A stretch of 64,000 bases of DNA from contig OZ024758.1 of NCBI GenBank assembly GCA_964016885.1, positions 992,001-1,056,000 of the forward strand, read 5' to 3'. The notes beneath the pieces are model-generated. The model saw only the letters and a list, made by a program, of their open reading frames with translations. It did no database searches and was not told the DNA's origin. Positions 41,535 to 57,320 of the stretch are shown here, one piece after another; within the stretch, counting starts at the first letter, position 1; the number at the start of each line of letters is the position of its first letter. This DNA is from Eledone cirrhosa (taxonomy: Eukaryota). Both the position numbers and the translations under genes were made by a program.

Positions 41535-42008
41535 ACATGTGTTTAGAAAATATATCTGAATAGATATTATTTTCCAGAGTAAAGATAAAGACATACAACA
41601 TATATTTTGTGAAATATAAGAAAAGACTTGTCATTATTTTAGATATTTCTTTTTCTTTATTCATTTATTTTAGTTCATTTATTTAATTACATGTATTTAT
41701 TAGTATATCTCTGTTTCTCTCTCTCTCTTTGACTCTCACCTTCCCTCTCTATGTGTCACTGTCTTGTTTGGTATAGTATGTATGAAATTGGATGGTTTCT
41801 GTATATCTCTCTCTCTGTCTCAGCTTCATTCTCAGTGTCTCACGTCGGTTAGTGTCTTGTTTGGTAAAGTATAATGTTTTATGGGCTTTGAGTGTGGCTT
41901 AGTGGTTAGATTGTGAAAAATGTTCTTTACTACAGAAAACACGTATAAAGCAATCACATAGATTATACGCATACATGTACGCATATAAATATATACACAC
42001 AAATACAA

Positions 42009-42043
<35 letters not shown>

Positions 42044-42097
42044 ATAGGTTTGTAACATAATTTCTGACACGCACGTTCACAAACACATTCACAAACA

Positions 42098-42211
<114 letters not shown>

Positions 42212-43052
42212 ACCCTATATTAGCTTATATAGCTTAATGTATGACACGAGGGTCTGCTGTTCCCTCCAAGCCATCTATAACTTTGCTATTTAATACCCAC
42301 TCTCACGTTTGTAAAACCAAACTTATTCATATGCATACATATATATATATATACATACATATATATATATATGTGTATATATATGTATATATATATCGTA
42401 TATGTCATATATATATCATATGTATATATATACATAAATACATCTATCTCTCTCTCTATATATATACCAATATAGGGACTATTTATCTTCCCAAATAAGT
42501 ACATTAAAGACCCACCTGCGATCCTACATTTCATTCATTTATTCTAAGTCAGACAGAACATACATACACATGTATTTTATATATAATAACAGATCATTTT
42601 ATGTGTTTTATGCCTTCAGTATTATCACCATGTATTGGATCATCAAGTATGAAATTTATAGAAATTTATTTTCTTTCTACAAACTTCTACAAATTTCCTA
42701 CTTGACGACACAATAAAACCACTCGGTGAAAAATGTTCTCATTATCCAGGTTTTATGCCAGTAAAATGTGGATATAAATGCGAGAGATATGCAAAATGAA
42801 GTTGTGTTACTAGCTGTTGTTTCTTTGTTTATTGTTGTTGTTTTAATGATAATATGTATATATCTTTATCAATACAGTGTCTAAGTGTCAATGAATATTG
42901 CAGCATATAGTTGTATGAATATATATATATATATGAAGTACAAATTAAAACAATTTTGAAAACCAACAATTTACATTTTCTAGTGCATTGTATGGTTTTT
43001 AAAATTATTTAAATTTGCGTCTCCTATTCAACAATGCTTCAAGCAAACTACA

Positions 43053-43129
<77 letters not shown>

Positions 43130-43572
43130 CGGCCTTGTTTGGATGAAACGATCGTTAGTAATTAAATATTATTAAACACTCTTTTATTGTTATTTATAAA
43201 GTATGTATATATATATATACATAGGTATGGTTGTGTATGTGTATATCTATGTATATCTACGTATATCTATATGTATATGAACACATGTCTAAATTTATGC
43301 GTGTTTACATATACACATATATATATGTAGAGAGATGAAATAGTGGATAGGTGAGAGTTTGAGAGTTTGTGTATATATATATATATAATATCTGTCTTTT
43401 CGTCTTCATTGCTAAACAGCAGACATTGTCATTTATCGATCTTTTTATCGATCTCATCATCAGTCCTTTTAATCATAACCATCACCATCATCAATAGCAT
43501 GATCAAATAATCAATGTTTTTCTTCTTGTCATCATTGTAACAAATATGTACATGAACAATGATTTTGTCATT

Positions 43573-43624
<52 letters not shown>

Positions 43625-43661
43625 CCATCATCATCATCAATATCATCACCCTCATCAACGT

Positions 43662-43696
<35 letters not shown>

Positions 43697-43919
43697 CCAC
43701 CACCACCACCACATCCATCAACACCACGATCATCGTCATAATCATCGTCATCAGTGTAATAAATACATTATGTATTTGCCCTGTTTTTAGTGGCACAGTG
43801 CCGCTGTAATTCCTTCGTTTCATTATTACTTCTGTAGTCTTGCGAGTTTGTTGGCTTGGCAAGTCTTTCTATACATATACACACATAAAAACATATACAG
43901 ATACACACGCATATATGTA

Positions 43920-43995
43920 TATGGCAGCGATAATGAGGGACAGAGACTGCTGGAGAGAACTCGTCTATGGATCTCGGGAATTTTACCCGCCCTAG
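43920..43995 (+). mobile_element. Extreme 3' end of an RTE-like LINE between TA repeats
   Basis: MAAIMRDRDCWRELVYGSR...* resembles the M-x-DR-xx-WR terminal motif of RTE ORFs. The match is very short. Confidence 0.4.
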
Positions 43996-44241
43996 AATAT
44001 ATATATATATTATATGTATATATATTATTATATATATATATTATATGTATATATATTATTATATATATATATTATATGTATATATATATATATATATATA
44101 TTATATGCATATATATTATATATAGTAAAATATATATATATATATATATATAGTAATATATATATATATATATATATATAGTAATATATATTTATATATA
44201 TATATAGTAATATATATTTATATATATATATATATATATAG

Positions 44242-44281
<40 letters not shown>

Positions 44282-44616
44282 ATATATATATACATACATA
44301 TATAGATATATATACATATATATACATATAGATATATATACATATATATATATATAGCAACTTTTGGAAGTTATTCAGTATCTGTATATGTATGATTATG
44401 TGTTTGTAAGAGCACAATAATTTTTATGTAAGTTTGTTTTGATTAAATTACTATACATTATCATCATCCTCCTTGGCATCATCTCTATATTTACACCATT
44501 TTTGTTGCAAATATTACCATTGTCATCAGGCTTCGTCGTCGTCATATTTGTCAGCGCCAGTTTTATCTTGATAATTATTTAAAACATCATCAATGTTTAT
44601 TATAGTTATCAATATA

Positions 44617-46865
<2,249 letters not shown>

Positions 46866-47084
46866 TATATATTGTTCGTATTTCCTATTTTTTCCTATTG
46901 TGCTTCTTATGTTATTTTTTCATTTGTAAATAGTTCCGTTCCCCAAAAACAATCTCTGGGATCACAGAAGAATGAATACATAATTTTGGCTGATAGAATC
47001 TATAAATCCTGTATATATATTTATATTCCTATTTTCCTGTTTTAATTCAATGTCTTTAATTTTATCTTCGTTCTGTTACCCTCT

Positions 47085-47357
47085 TTATGCAAAATTCCCC
47101 GAGAGGAAATCTGAAAGGCTGTTAGACTGGTCAGAGTCAAGGCAACTTCCTTGTAATGATGGAGTTGAGCTGATATCGGACAAACCAGGTGATCGTTCAC
47201 TTGATAAATCTCCAACTGTCTGGATTTCCGAGTTGCTTCCATTTTCACTACTTTGGTTGGAGGGCGTGAGTCCTGATTGGTTGTTTCCTGAGACTCTATC
47301 TTGGTCTTGCTTCTGACAATTTCTTCGATACTTCGCTCTTGCATTTTGGAACCAAAC
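47085..47357 (-). CDS. Lhx2/9: Lhx2/9 terminal coding exon: recognition helix plus Ser-rich C-terminus and stop
   Basis: After the acceptor gaattAG it reads VWFQNARAKYRRNCQKQDQDRVSGNNQSGLTPSNQSSENGSNSEIQTVGDLSSERSPGLSDISSTPSLQGSCLDSDQSNSLSDFLSGNFA, then TAA (47087-47085). Length 273 nt, phase 0, completing the homeodomain. The ORF track does not show this frame. Confidence 0.95.
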   Translation of the reverse strand, partial: VWFQNARAKYRRNCQKQDQDRVSGNNQSGLTPSNQSSENGSNSEIQTVGDLSSERSPGLSDISSTPSLQGSCLDSDQSNSLSDFLSGNFA

Positions 47358-47424
47358 CTAATTCGAATGATAAAAAAATCACATGATACTCCTTTATATG
47401 TGTATATCAGAATACATGAATATA

Positions 47425-47618
47425 CGTATGGCGGCTGTAAAGTTTATAGACTGATTCTCTAGTATTGATGTTAGAGCTGTGAAATCTTGCAAACATAAAT
47501 TTCAACTTTTATTATTAATAACTACATTATTTCCAGGCACTATGTTGCAAAATAAAACTCATTTGGTCATTCCATGAGAGTATCTTGGTCTGCCTTTAAA
47601 TTTTCCAACCGACATTTG
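47425..47618 (-). mobile_element. Mariner-derived MITE family M inside the 425-bp Lhx2/9 homeobox intron
   Basis: Begins TACGTATGGCGGCTGTAAAGTTTATAGACTGA and contains the core TTTGGTCATTCCATGAGAGTATCTTGGTC. Confidence 0.72.
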
Positions 47619-47782
47619 TATTTCACCCGCCCCATTATAATACGGATTAATCATTATCGTTAGAATTATATTTTTGCTTTTCTGATAAATATTTAAAGTG
47701 ATTATTTTTATAGAAAAAAATTGTTTTACGTATACTAAGGCAAAATCTAATAAGATAATAGATATAAATATGAATTCCTTAC

Positions 47783-47991
47783 CTGTAGAACACGTTTCGT
47801 AAGATTTGTTTTCTGTGCCAGATGCTTTAAATCCTTTGCATCTGGATTATGGTTGACTGCAAAATATGATTTAAGAGCTCTCAGCTGGTGATGCTTGAAC
47901 GAAGTTCTCATCCGTTTTTGCCGTGGTGCATTCTGGTAGGTGTCTCTATCCAGATGATCTGTCGATCGATCGAGACCATCGTGACCAAGTC
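47783..47991 (-). CDS. Lhx2/9: Lhx2/9 coding exon: homeodomain N-arm, helices 1-2 and start of helix 3
   Basis: Translates (G)LGHDGLDRSTDHLDRDTYQNAPRQKRMRTSFKHHQLRALKSYFAVNHNPDAKDLKHLAQKTNLTKRVLQ, nearly identical to the Lhx2/Lhx9/apterous homeodomain. The acceptor is ttacccAG and the donor is CAG/GTAAGG. The 209 nt complete the phase-1 Gly codon from the upstream exon. Confidence 0.97.
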
Positions 47992-48269
47992 CTGGGTAAG
48001 TAAACACAAACAAATATATTGAAATATCAAATCTAATAAATTAAGGAACATATGCATATTTACATGTACTTTCATATAGACAATATAAATAAATATAGAC
48101 TTCGTTATTATTATTGTTTATATATATATATATGGAAATTACACCGCATTAAATTACTGGTATCTTGTAGCATAGGAAGAACGTTTCTATGTTCCCTTGA
48201 GATTGCACATTCTCATGAAATTGTATATATATATGTTATGTATATGTTATGTATATGTTTCATATGTAT

Positions 48270-48405
48270 ATGTTTCAAAGACAACATGTATACCTTCTTT
48301 GTGCCATTTCATAGTGATTCCATTACTATATATATATTTATATATATAGTAATGGAATCACTATGAAATGACACAAAGAAGGTATACATGTTGTCTTTGA
48401 AACAT
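48270..48405. repeat. Inverted repeat with about 66-bp arms centred on a short (TA)n
   Basis: TGTTTCAAAGACAAC...CCATTACTATATATATA is followed by TATATATATAGTAATGG...GTTGTCTTTGAAACA, with one mismatch. Confidence 0.88.
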
Positions 48406-49355
48406 TATGATTAAATGCAGCAATTATCTGAGCTGGTGCCTCGTTATGTGCTTGCTCGATTAGTGCTGACCTAGGGCACAAAAATAAGGCTAAGGTCTGT
48501 CTCGAGACTTGGTGCTCATTAGGCTTGTGATTAGCAGGGTTAAGCGTCTGAGTGTTAAAGACACCCAAATGAAGTATTTTTCTGAAGAACACTTCACATA
48601 ACCCAGCCCAGCAATCGAACTCATGATGTTATGATAGTAAGATGAGCATATGTAACTTTGAATAATGTTGTTATCTCTGTATTTTTGATCGTGTTCTTGT
48701 TTTTATTTTGTTGTTGTTGCATGTATAATATGTGTATGTTTATCGTATTGTTTTCATTTTACGTTGATCTATTTTGCTATTTTTTTTATTTTACTTTATT
48801 CTCTAACGAAATAACTCTTCTTAAAAATTTCACATGTTATTGGAATTTTTACGTAAAACGGAAACATATGGTAGACAAAGTACAATCAATGGTTAGTCTT
48901 CTGGTTTTAAATTAACTGATTAGGAACAGACACAGATGGTTAGTGTATAGATTATACAAAGATTTCTCTTAGGATAGAATTTCTATCTTGCATAGGAAAA
49001 ATAATAGAGTGTATAAAGTATATGATAGCCGCGAGTGAGGGAATGATTTACGTTCATGTATCTGTAGATGTAAATAGATTAACTGAATGCCTTTGTACCA
49101 TGTAATTATCAACTGGCAGAGGACTGAAGCCTAACCATACCTGAAACCTAGAATCAGAATTAAAATATGACCGGGCAATCAGAAAAATGTAATAAAGTTG
49201 AAGCAATACATTATCTTCTACGAACTATTCAAAGTTATGAAACAATTGTTAATTATATATAGGTTATGAGGTATATTGCAGGGAAATTAAACGACCTACG
49301 TTATTTGCCTGTTGGGAAAAGCTACGATTATTGGTTTAAAATATTTCATATAAGT

Positions 49356-49560
49356 GAAGGCGCGTGGCTTAGAGGTGAGGGAATTTGATTCGCAATCGTG
49401 AGATTGCGAGTTCGATTTCCGGACTGGACGATGCGTTATGTCCTTGTAGAAGACATTTTATTTCACGTTGCTCCCTCTGCCAGGAGTTGCGACCGGTAGA
49501 TAGTATCAGTAATGGACACAACAAATAAAACATTGTTCCCTTGGTCAGATGTAGCGAGCT
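49356..49560 (+). mobile_element. tRNA-derived SINE (family S1)
   Basis: Colinear with 21305-21520; A and B boxes are present. Confidence 0.82.
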
Positions 49561-50407
49561 CTACCCAACTCTGTAAGTAAATTAGGTTTTGGATCTTGTC
49601 GGCCAGGACATATCTATATAAATTATATATAAACATCCTTATAAGACATAAGTATAAGCTGACATTAATCTTTGTGAGATATTGTTTTAGGAAAAGTGCT
49701 AAAAAATCTATGAATTACAGGGGCTTTGCGACACTACACCAAAGATGGAAAACGTAAATGGAAGGAGCTAAATGCTGCTACACGGGAAAATGCGTAACCC
49801 TTTCGTGTAACATGTCTTAGATGACAGAAACTAAATACTGCAATGTAGTTTCTGTGATGTTCTAAAGATTCCGCCAGATATGTGCTGTAGAAAAACGCGA
49901 ATCTGGCGTCTGGAACGCCATAAATATATAGTAAACCCAAAAAATATTGCCACGGTACGTTGTAGAATTATATACATGGGGGATGCATGTGTGTATATAT
50001 TTATCTTCCAAGCAGTGATATTCGTGACTGTACATACGATGCCAATCTCCTACATTTATATAGATAAGCGCGAAAAAAGATATGTATCAAATATATGTAT
50101 TTATTTCTGATTGTGTGTGTTGTAATGAAGTCGTATGTATATGGTTGCGTTCGTATCTTATTGTGTCAGTGTATAAAATAACTGACATAAGATATTTTTA
50201 TCAATATTTTTATCACCCTAATTACAACAATGCCATACGCTGTTCTGAGATACTTATATAACCAATCTTCAAATTTCACTAGCTGAGTGAAGATGCCGCA
50301 GCGAATATAAGGCCGAATATGACGCCTTAGGATATATAGTTTATTTACTTCTGTGCCTTAAACTGTGTTCTCTTCAGAGGCTGATTTCTTATTTTGTCCT
50401 ATTTTCA

Positions 50408-50782
50408 ATCTGAGTTCAAATCCCACTAAATTAGCTTTGCTTTTCATCATTACGGGGCCAATAAAATAAAGTACCAGTAACACACTGGGGTCGATTGAAT
50501 TGACTTGCTCTTACCCAAAAATGTTGGCCTTGTGCCTAAAGTAAAAACCATTATTATTATTGCTGGATCATTATTAAGGCTGCGGATTGGCAGTCTCGGT
50601 AGAGCGTCGGCTAATATTATTTGTGGTATATCGTCACGGCACTTTACGTTCTGAGTTCAAACTCATTTTCATCCTCACGGGGTCGATAAAATAAAGTACC
50701 AGCAATACACAGAGTTCGAATTAGTTGACTTCTCCTCCTCCAAAATTGCTGTCCTTGTACTCTAATCAGAAACCATTATTAT
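50408..50782 (+). mobile_element. Two adjacent SINE S2 copies
   Basis: 50408-50560 and 50576-50782 each contain CTGAGTTCAAA...GATAAAATAAAGTACCAG-like core and an ATT-repeat tail. Confidence 0.78.
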
Positions 50783-52028
50783 TTCTGTAGTTGTTATTGA
50801 TGTTGATGTTTTTGTTCCTATAATTTTTATTATTCCTACACACTATCTTGATCATATACCCCCCCCCCCTCTCCATCTCTCTCTCTTTCTCTCTGTATCA
50901 CATACTTACACACGTACACACACTCCTTGAGTCTGCAACTCTGCTTACTAAAGTTGTGTGAAGATCAAGAAGTCCTTCGTCTACACTATTTATTCACTTT
51001 TTTGATGTTTAAGTCTCAATCATACCAAGTGGTTCTTATACTTTAAAGTTGGTGAGCTAAGATGTGACGTAGGTGGAACTTACAGAATTTTCATTTTCGC
51101 CGAATACATATATATATATACACACTAACAAACACTAATACATACACACACTAACAAACACTAATACATACACACACTAACAAACACTAATACATACAAA
51201 CACTCGTACACATATAAATATATAATGTATACTCACAGACACACAAATAAAAATTCACCGTGCTCATCACTGAATTTGCGTGTCAGACGATGAGTATAAT
51301 GATGGTGTTAAGACGTGTCACATGATTTAGCGGAGGTGAATGTGAGCTGTGTAGTGGAAAATGCTGGCTTAGTTATTTTCTTAGTATGGTCAGTGCAAGA
51401 AGTGTCAAAAATTATGTTTGTCAGCTTCGAAAAGTAAGGAAAAAATTATTTTAATTGGGAGAACAGAGTGCACAGCTAGGAAAAGTGAGCGTATAATATA
51501 GATGAAGCCTACGGGAGTAAATACAAAGACTCTGCTGATGAAGGGCCGACTGTTATAGCTAAACAAGGAACCCTGCAGTTTAGGATTATCTTCACTTACA
51601 AGTGTGTGTGGTGTCATTCCAAAACATGCAGGTGCATAGTTAGGGTTGGGGTCAGGGTTAGGTTTAGGGTTAGGGTTAAGCCAATTCATGTGCATTTTGT
51701 TTGCCACTCTCAGCTACCTATATATATATATTTGAGTGTGTGTACATGTAAATATTTACACACAGAGACACACAAACACACAGACACACACACACACATA
51801 CACATATATATATGTATGTATAAAGATGTATATATATATATTTATATGTATATATGTACTTAATTTGTGTATACGTGTATACATGCAGTATATATTTTAA
51901 CGTAATATATACGCTGTGTTATATATATAAAATTTTAGACTAAAATTTCTTTAGTAAAAAAATACGGCGGAAGCTTCTATTTCTAATTTCAAACTCGCTC
52001 GCTGTTTCAAAACACACATATATATATA

Positions 52029-52932
52029 CAGTGGCGGACTGGATCTAAAAATATTGGTTGCCAGGAGATGAAGGGGGCCACCTACATATAGAATGCTATA
52101 CTTTTGTAGCCGTCTCGACGGCCTATTTGGAGGAATCATAGACGGTGGTGATCCTGTCATGAATGAGACCACATCTTTTTAACGTTGATTTTGAAAGTAA
52201 GTTTATAATTATCAATTTTCGTTATGCTTTTGTAGCTGTCTCGGTGGCCTAGTTGGGGGAATTATAGCCGGTGGTGACCCTGGTCTGAAGTTCGATCCTG
52301 GTCGGGAGTACGGTTCCCGGTAAAACTTTTCATTTTTTTTTCTATGGGATATAAAATAAAACTGAAAAATATTACCCATACCAGGATTGAACCTAAGGTC
52401 AGGATCTCCAGCGTCTCTAGAACCTACCGCTAGACCACGGAGACAACTACGAAAGTCTTATGAAAATTCATACTTATAAACCTACTTTCAAAATTTTCAA
52501 AACAAAATCATATGGTGTCGCTCATGTCTTTCTTAAAGTTTTTGCCCCTACTTAAGATCGACTTCTAAATCATTTGGGTGTTCCATAAACTACATCCTCG
52601 TTTTGTTTCTCATCTATCTAGACTATATTTTAACCTGTAATCCATGTTTCATTACTGTTGCACCTCATATCTCCCCCACCACTGATTTCAGCTATTTGCA
52701 CTATCATATATTTTGGTTTCAAATTCATTCCCTGGGGAATTGGTTGACTAAATGCTTTGTTTAATTGTTTTATTCATTTAAAAAAAAAATGTATTCCTTC
52801 TCTTAGAGTTCAGGTATTTTTTGAAAGCAAAGCATTGGCCCCTAAAATACTACAGTGGGCCCTGCAATGCTACCGTAGGTCCCCTAGGGCCCACTTGTCA
52901 ATGAGCAACCTGGCAACCTGGCCAGTCTGCCA

Positions 52933-52935
<3 letters not shown>
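52029..52935. mobile_element. hAT-like MITE (TIR CAGTGGCGGACTGG) containing a nested copy of the double-tRNA-head element (about 52100-52669)
   Basis: It begins CAGTGGCGGACTGG and ends CCAGTCTGCCACTG, within TA repeats. The internal 52158-52669 is the reverse complement of about 29162-29680. Confidence 0.75.
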
Positions 52936-52995
<60 letters not shown>

Positions 52996-53032
52996 ATTAA
53001 ATAAATGGAAACTATATTTATAAAACCATATT

Positions 53033-53098
53033 TATTTCATTATATATATTTCAGGGATATCATATTAACAATATGTTATGCCTTCATCAGACAAAATA
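53033..53098 (-). ncRNA. Minimal type I hammerhead, family A, intronic and sense to Lhx2/9
   Basis: Minus strand reads TATTTTGT-CTGATGA-agg c ata a catatt gtt aatatg a tat c cct-GAAA-tatata-TA-ATGAAATA. Confidence 0.82.
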
Positions 53099-53993
53099 CA
53101 ATATAAACAGTCTTATAAATAAATATATATATTATTTACATATACAGTACACTTATATTTTGTAATTGTCCGTAGATTTGAGTATATATATCAGCGTGTG
53201 TATATTTGCGTGTTTAAACGTTATTTTCTCAAATCGATCTTTACAAATTCTTCATTTATCTCTTCAAGACTGTTTTTCTCTATTTATTTAGCTTTGTTCT
53301 TTTAACTTATATATATTCTCATTTCATTCAGACTTTTATCTCAGCTTGTCATCTTTTAAAACGGAACATTTACCTTGAAGCAACGAACCAAATGTTGAGT
53401 TATCTTTCCTTATCTATCGTGTTCTTAGTATTATTATCGTTTTTTGTTGTTGTTGTTGTTGTACTTGTGATGGTTGTTGTTGCTGTTTATATTATTACCG
53501 TTTCACATTGTGATGGGTTATTGGTTTATTCTTGTTGTGGTTGTTGTTGTTGTATTTCGTAAATGATGAATTGTTTGTTGTTTTTGTTGTTTTTATTTTT
53601 AGTTTTCTTTTCAGTTTTTTTTTCAAAAATATTTGTAACCTTCTTCTTCTCATTATCATTATTATTATTATTACTATTGTTCCTGTTGTTATTATTGTAT
53701 TTGTTGTTGGTGTTGTAGTTGTGGTTATTTTTATTGTCTTTACTGCTACTGTTTGTATGTTTGTTGTTGTTATTGTTGATGTTGTTGTTGTGGTTGATAT
53801 TGATGTTGTTGTTGTTGTTGTTGTTTTAGGATTTGTTTCTGTTATTACCTAGTTTTATTTTTGTATTTATTTCAGATTTTCAGATTCGATTCTCTGCCAT
53901 CCACAAATGTTGGAGAGTGTTTAGTAGATGGAACTATCTCTGCATCGTCATCGTAATCGTCATCTTCATCGTCATCGTCATCATCATCATCAA

Positions 53994-54064
<71 letters not shown>

Positions 54065-54445
54065 TGTGTGTGTATCTTGGCAAGAGCACAAAGGCTGTGT
54101 AAGGTGTAACAGGGGTGTATATAAAAGCATATAATATATGTTTATATGCAATATCCAAATGGAATCCTCGCTATCAAACAGAACATTTTTTCATAAGGAA
54201 AAGAATGTTTTCATTGAGTTTCTCATATTTTTATTATATATAAACATATAGTACATACTTCTATATACATCCCTACACAGACACGCACACACACACACAG
54301 ACACACACACATATATATATATATGTATAAATATAAATATATATATGTGTGTGTGTTTGTGTATGTGAGTGTTTTGGCTGTTCTTGTGTTAGTATATATA
54401 TATATATATGTGTGTGTGTATGTATATATGTATGTGTGTGTATGT

Positions 54446-54504
<59 letters not shown>

Positions 54505-56406
54505 TGTATATTTGTGTCGCCTGACTTCGATACCCGGACCCGGCGGCCTGTGGTGTCCTTGAACAAGACGTTTATTTCACGTTACTTCATCCAGTCGGAT
54601 GACAAATATGAGTTGCATCTGAAATTCAAGAGACCAGTCTCGTCACACATTGTTCCTGGAATGCTAAGGGCTATGTTATCATATTAACCTGAATGACAGT
54701 TTAATTTGGCCACTTTGGCAGGCCACGGTAGAGTTTTATCTCACAATTCAAAGAGTCGCTATAATAATTAAGAAACTTCCTTCCTCTAGCCTGGTACTTT
54801 TTATGAAAAAACTCTCTTTTATCAATGTTGAAGTACGAAGTTGATACGGGTTCTATTTGAATTGAGAAAGTAATTTGCCGGTATATATTGTGCAAGGTAT
54901 TTCGTCGATCGCCATGACACGGTCTAAAGTGAAAGTTAGTTGTTGTTCTAAACAGTGACCACGTTGAGGTTTCTTTTGTTGGCTCGATGACACCTTGCGT
55001 TTGTATGGAACGGTAGAAAACTGCGAATTCTATATGATTGTCAGATTCCTTCTTGTTAGCTTGACCTCTGCAATCAACTCTAACATTTCATGGCACTTGC
55101 TAAATCTCTTGTGTCTCTCTATCTATTTGCCTGGATAAATGGATAGATAGATTGTTGACTAGATGGATGGACGTATGGCCGAATGGCTAGCTAGTTTCAA
55201 ACCAGCTTTCGGGAATTGGGGAATTGCTGGTTTGTTGTTTGCACAGATGGTAAAATTTTCTTGTGTCAAGTGTATATATGTTGGAGGTAGAGAATGTTGA
55301 CAGTTTGATCTAAGCAGACTGCACCGAACTCACTTCTCCTCACCTCCCACAAACACCAGCAGTAGTAGCATCATCAGTCCCACTACTACATCCAGCTTCA
55401 ATACCACCATTTATACCATGACTACCACCATTTATACCATGACTACCACGATTACTACCACCATAATCTTCGACTTCGCTAAAGTAACATTACTACAATA
55501 TTACTTCTCATCAAATCTTCACCACATCAAGCCATACTATGTTTAGCAACCACTAACACCGCAACCACTAACACCACAACTACCAAAACACTACCACCAA
55601 CATCAACACCGCTGGAACCACACCACCACCACCACTACCAACACACTACCCCCAACACCATCAGTAATAACAACCAACACCAACACCACCACCATCAACA
55701 TCACCACTTCCAACACACTACCACCAATATCAACAGCAATAACAACCCCTACCACCACCACCACTACCAACACACTACCACCACCACCACTACAACCAAC
55801 ATCAACACCACTGGAACCACACCACCACCACTACCAACACACTACCCCAACACTATCAGTAATAACAACCAACACCAACACCACCACTACCAACACACTA
55901 CCACTACCACCATCAGTAATAACAACACTATCACTACCACCACCACCACCACCACCACCACCACCGCTACTCCTTACTGTCTCTGCTACTGTCACTATCC
56001 CTATCAACATTGTCACCCCCATTGCTCCACCTTTACCACCCCAACACTCTACGTTCCCACGTACCTTGTCACATACCTCCCCATATATCCTACCCCACCT
56101 AACATAGTTCACAGTTTCATCCCTAACACCATTGGTAAGTAATTGGACCTAGCTTGTCAAGAAACGACTCCAAGCTATCTTTCACATAAAGACTGAGATA
56201 GATAGATAGATGGATAGAGAGAGAGGGGGAGAGGGAGAGAAAGAGAGAGACCGAGAGAGAAATAGAGGGGGGAGGGAGTAAGAGCGTGAGAGAGAAAGAG
56301 AGTTAGAGAATGTGTGTGATAGAAACTAAGGTAAAAATATACCACAAATAAAATCAAACATGTGTGTCTAGTTATATATATATTTCTTTATTTATATGTA
56401 TATATA

Positions 56407-56467
<61 letters not shown>

Positions 56468-56551
56468 AAAGTTATATTTAAATTGTTGGGTTACAACGAG
56501 TAAATATTTATAACTGATATAAAAGCACTCAACAAGTATTTGGAGTATATT

Positions 56552-56928
56552 TACGATATTAAATAAATGGAAATTATATTTATAAAACCATATTTATTTC
56601 ATTATATATATTTCAGGGATATCATATTAAAAATATGTTATGCCTTCTTCAGACAAAATACAATATAGACAGTCTTATAAATAAATAGATTCGACATACC
56701 GTTCAACATCGACTTGCATTTGAAAAGTTGATTTGGTAGTCTACCAAATCAACTTTTCAAATGCAAGTCGATGTTGAACGGTATGTCGAATCTATTTATT
56801 TATAAGACTGTCTATATTGTATTTTGTCTGAAGAAGGCATAACATATTTTTAATATGATATCCCTGAAATATATATAATGAAATAAATATGGTTTTATAA
56901 ATATAATTTCCATTTATTTAATATCGTA
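56552..56928. repeat. 377-bp palindrome (188-bp arms, 1-nt centre at 56740) made of two family-A hammerhead elements (56595-56660 minus; 56820-56885 plus)
   Basis: The arms read as exact reverse complements around ATTTGGTAG-T-CTACCAAAT. Each arm contains TATTTTGT-CTGAAGA-aggcataacatatttttaatatgatatccct-GAAA-tatata-TA-ATGAAATA. Confidence 0.92.
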
Positions 56929-57281
56929 TATATATATATATATATTATATATATGTGAGTATACGCGCGTGTGTGTGTTTTATGTATATATATATATAGG
57001 GAAACAAGCAAAACAAACTGTACCAATAAAACAAACAACAGCAGCGTCAACAACAACAATAAGAGTTGTTGGAGCTGTTGAAGTTCGGGGCGTGGTACAT
57101 TCAGAAATTTGACCGTATCAAATTGACTACTGGAGAAATATCTAGCAAATGTTCCTCGTGTAACAAGATAGGTTCAGCTGGCTTCATTGCTGAGAGGTTT
57201 ATAGTTGCATACGGTTAGGAAGATTCTCTGAAGGAATTGATGGAGGAAGTGAGCACACACACACAGAGAAGCTCACACACA

Positions 57282-57320
<39 letters not shown>

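Noticed and set aside
47042-47344. ORF-track proteins MQERSIEE... (minus) and MSLILSSF... (plus)
   Set aside because: They are alternative frames overlapping the true Lhx2/9 terminal exon (VWFQNARAK frame).
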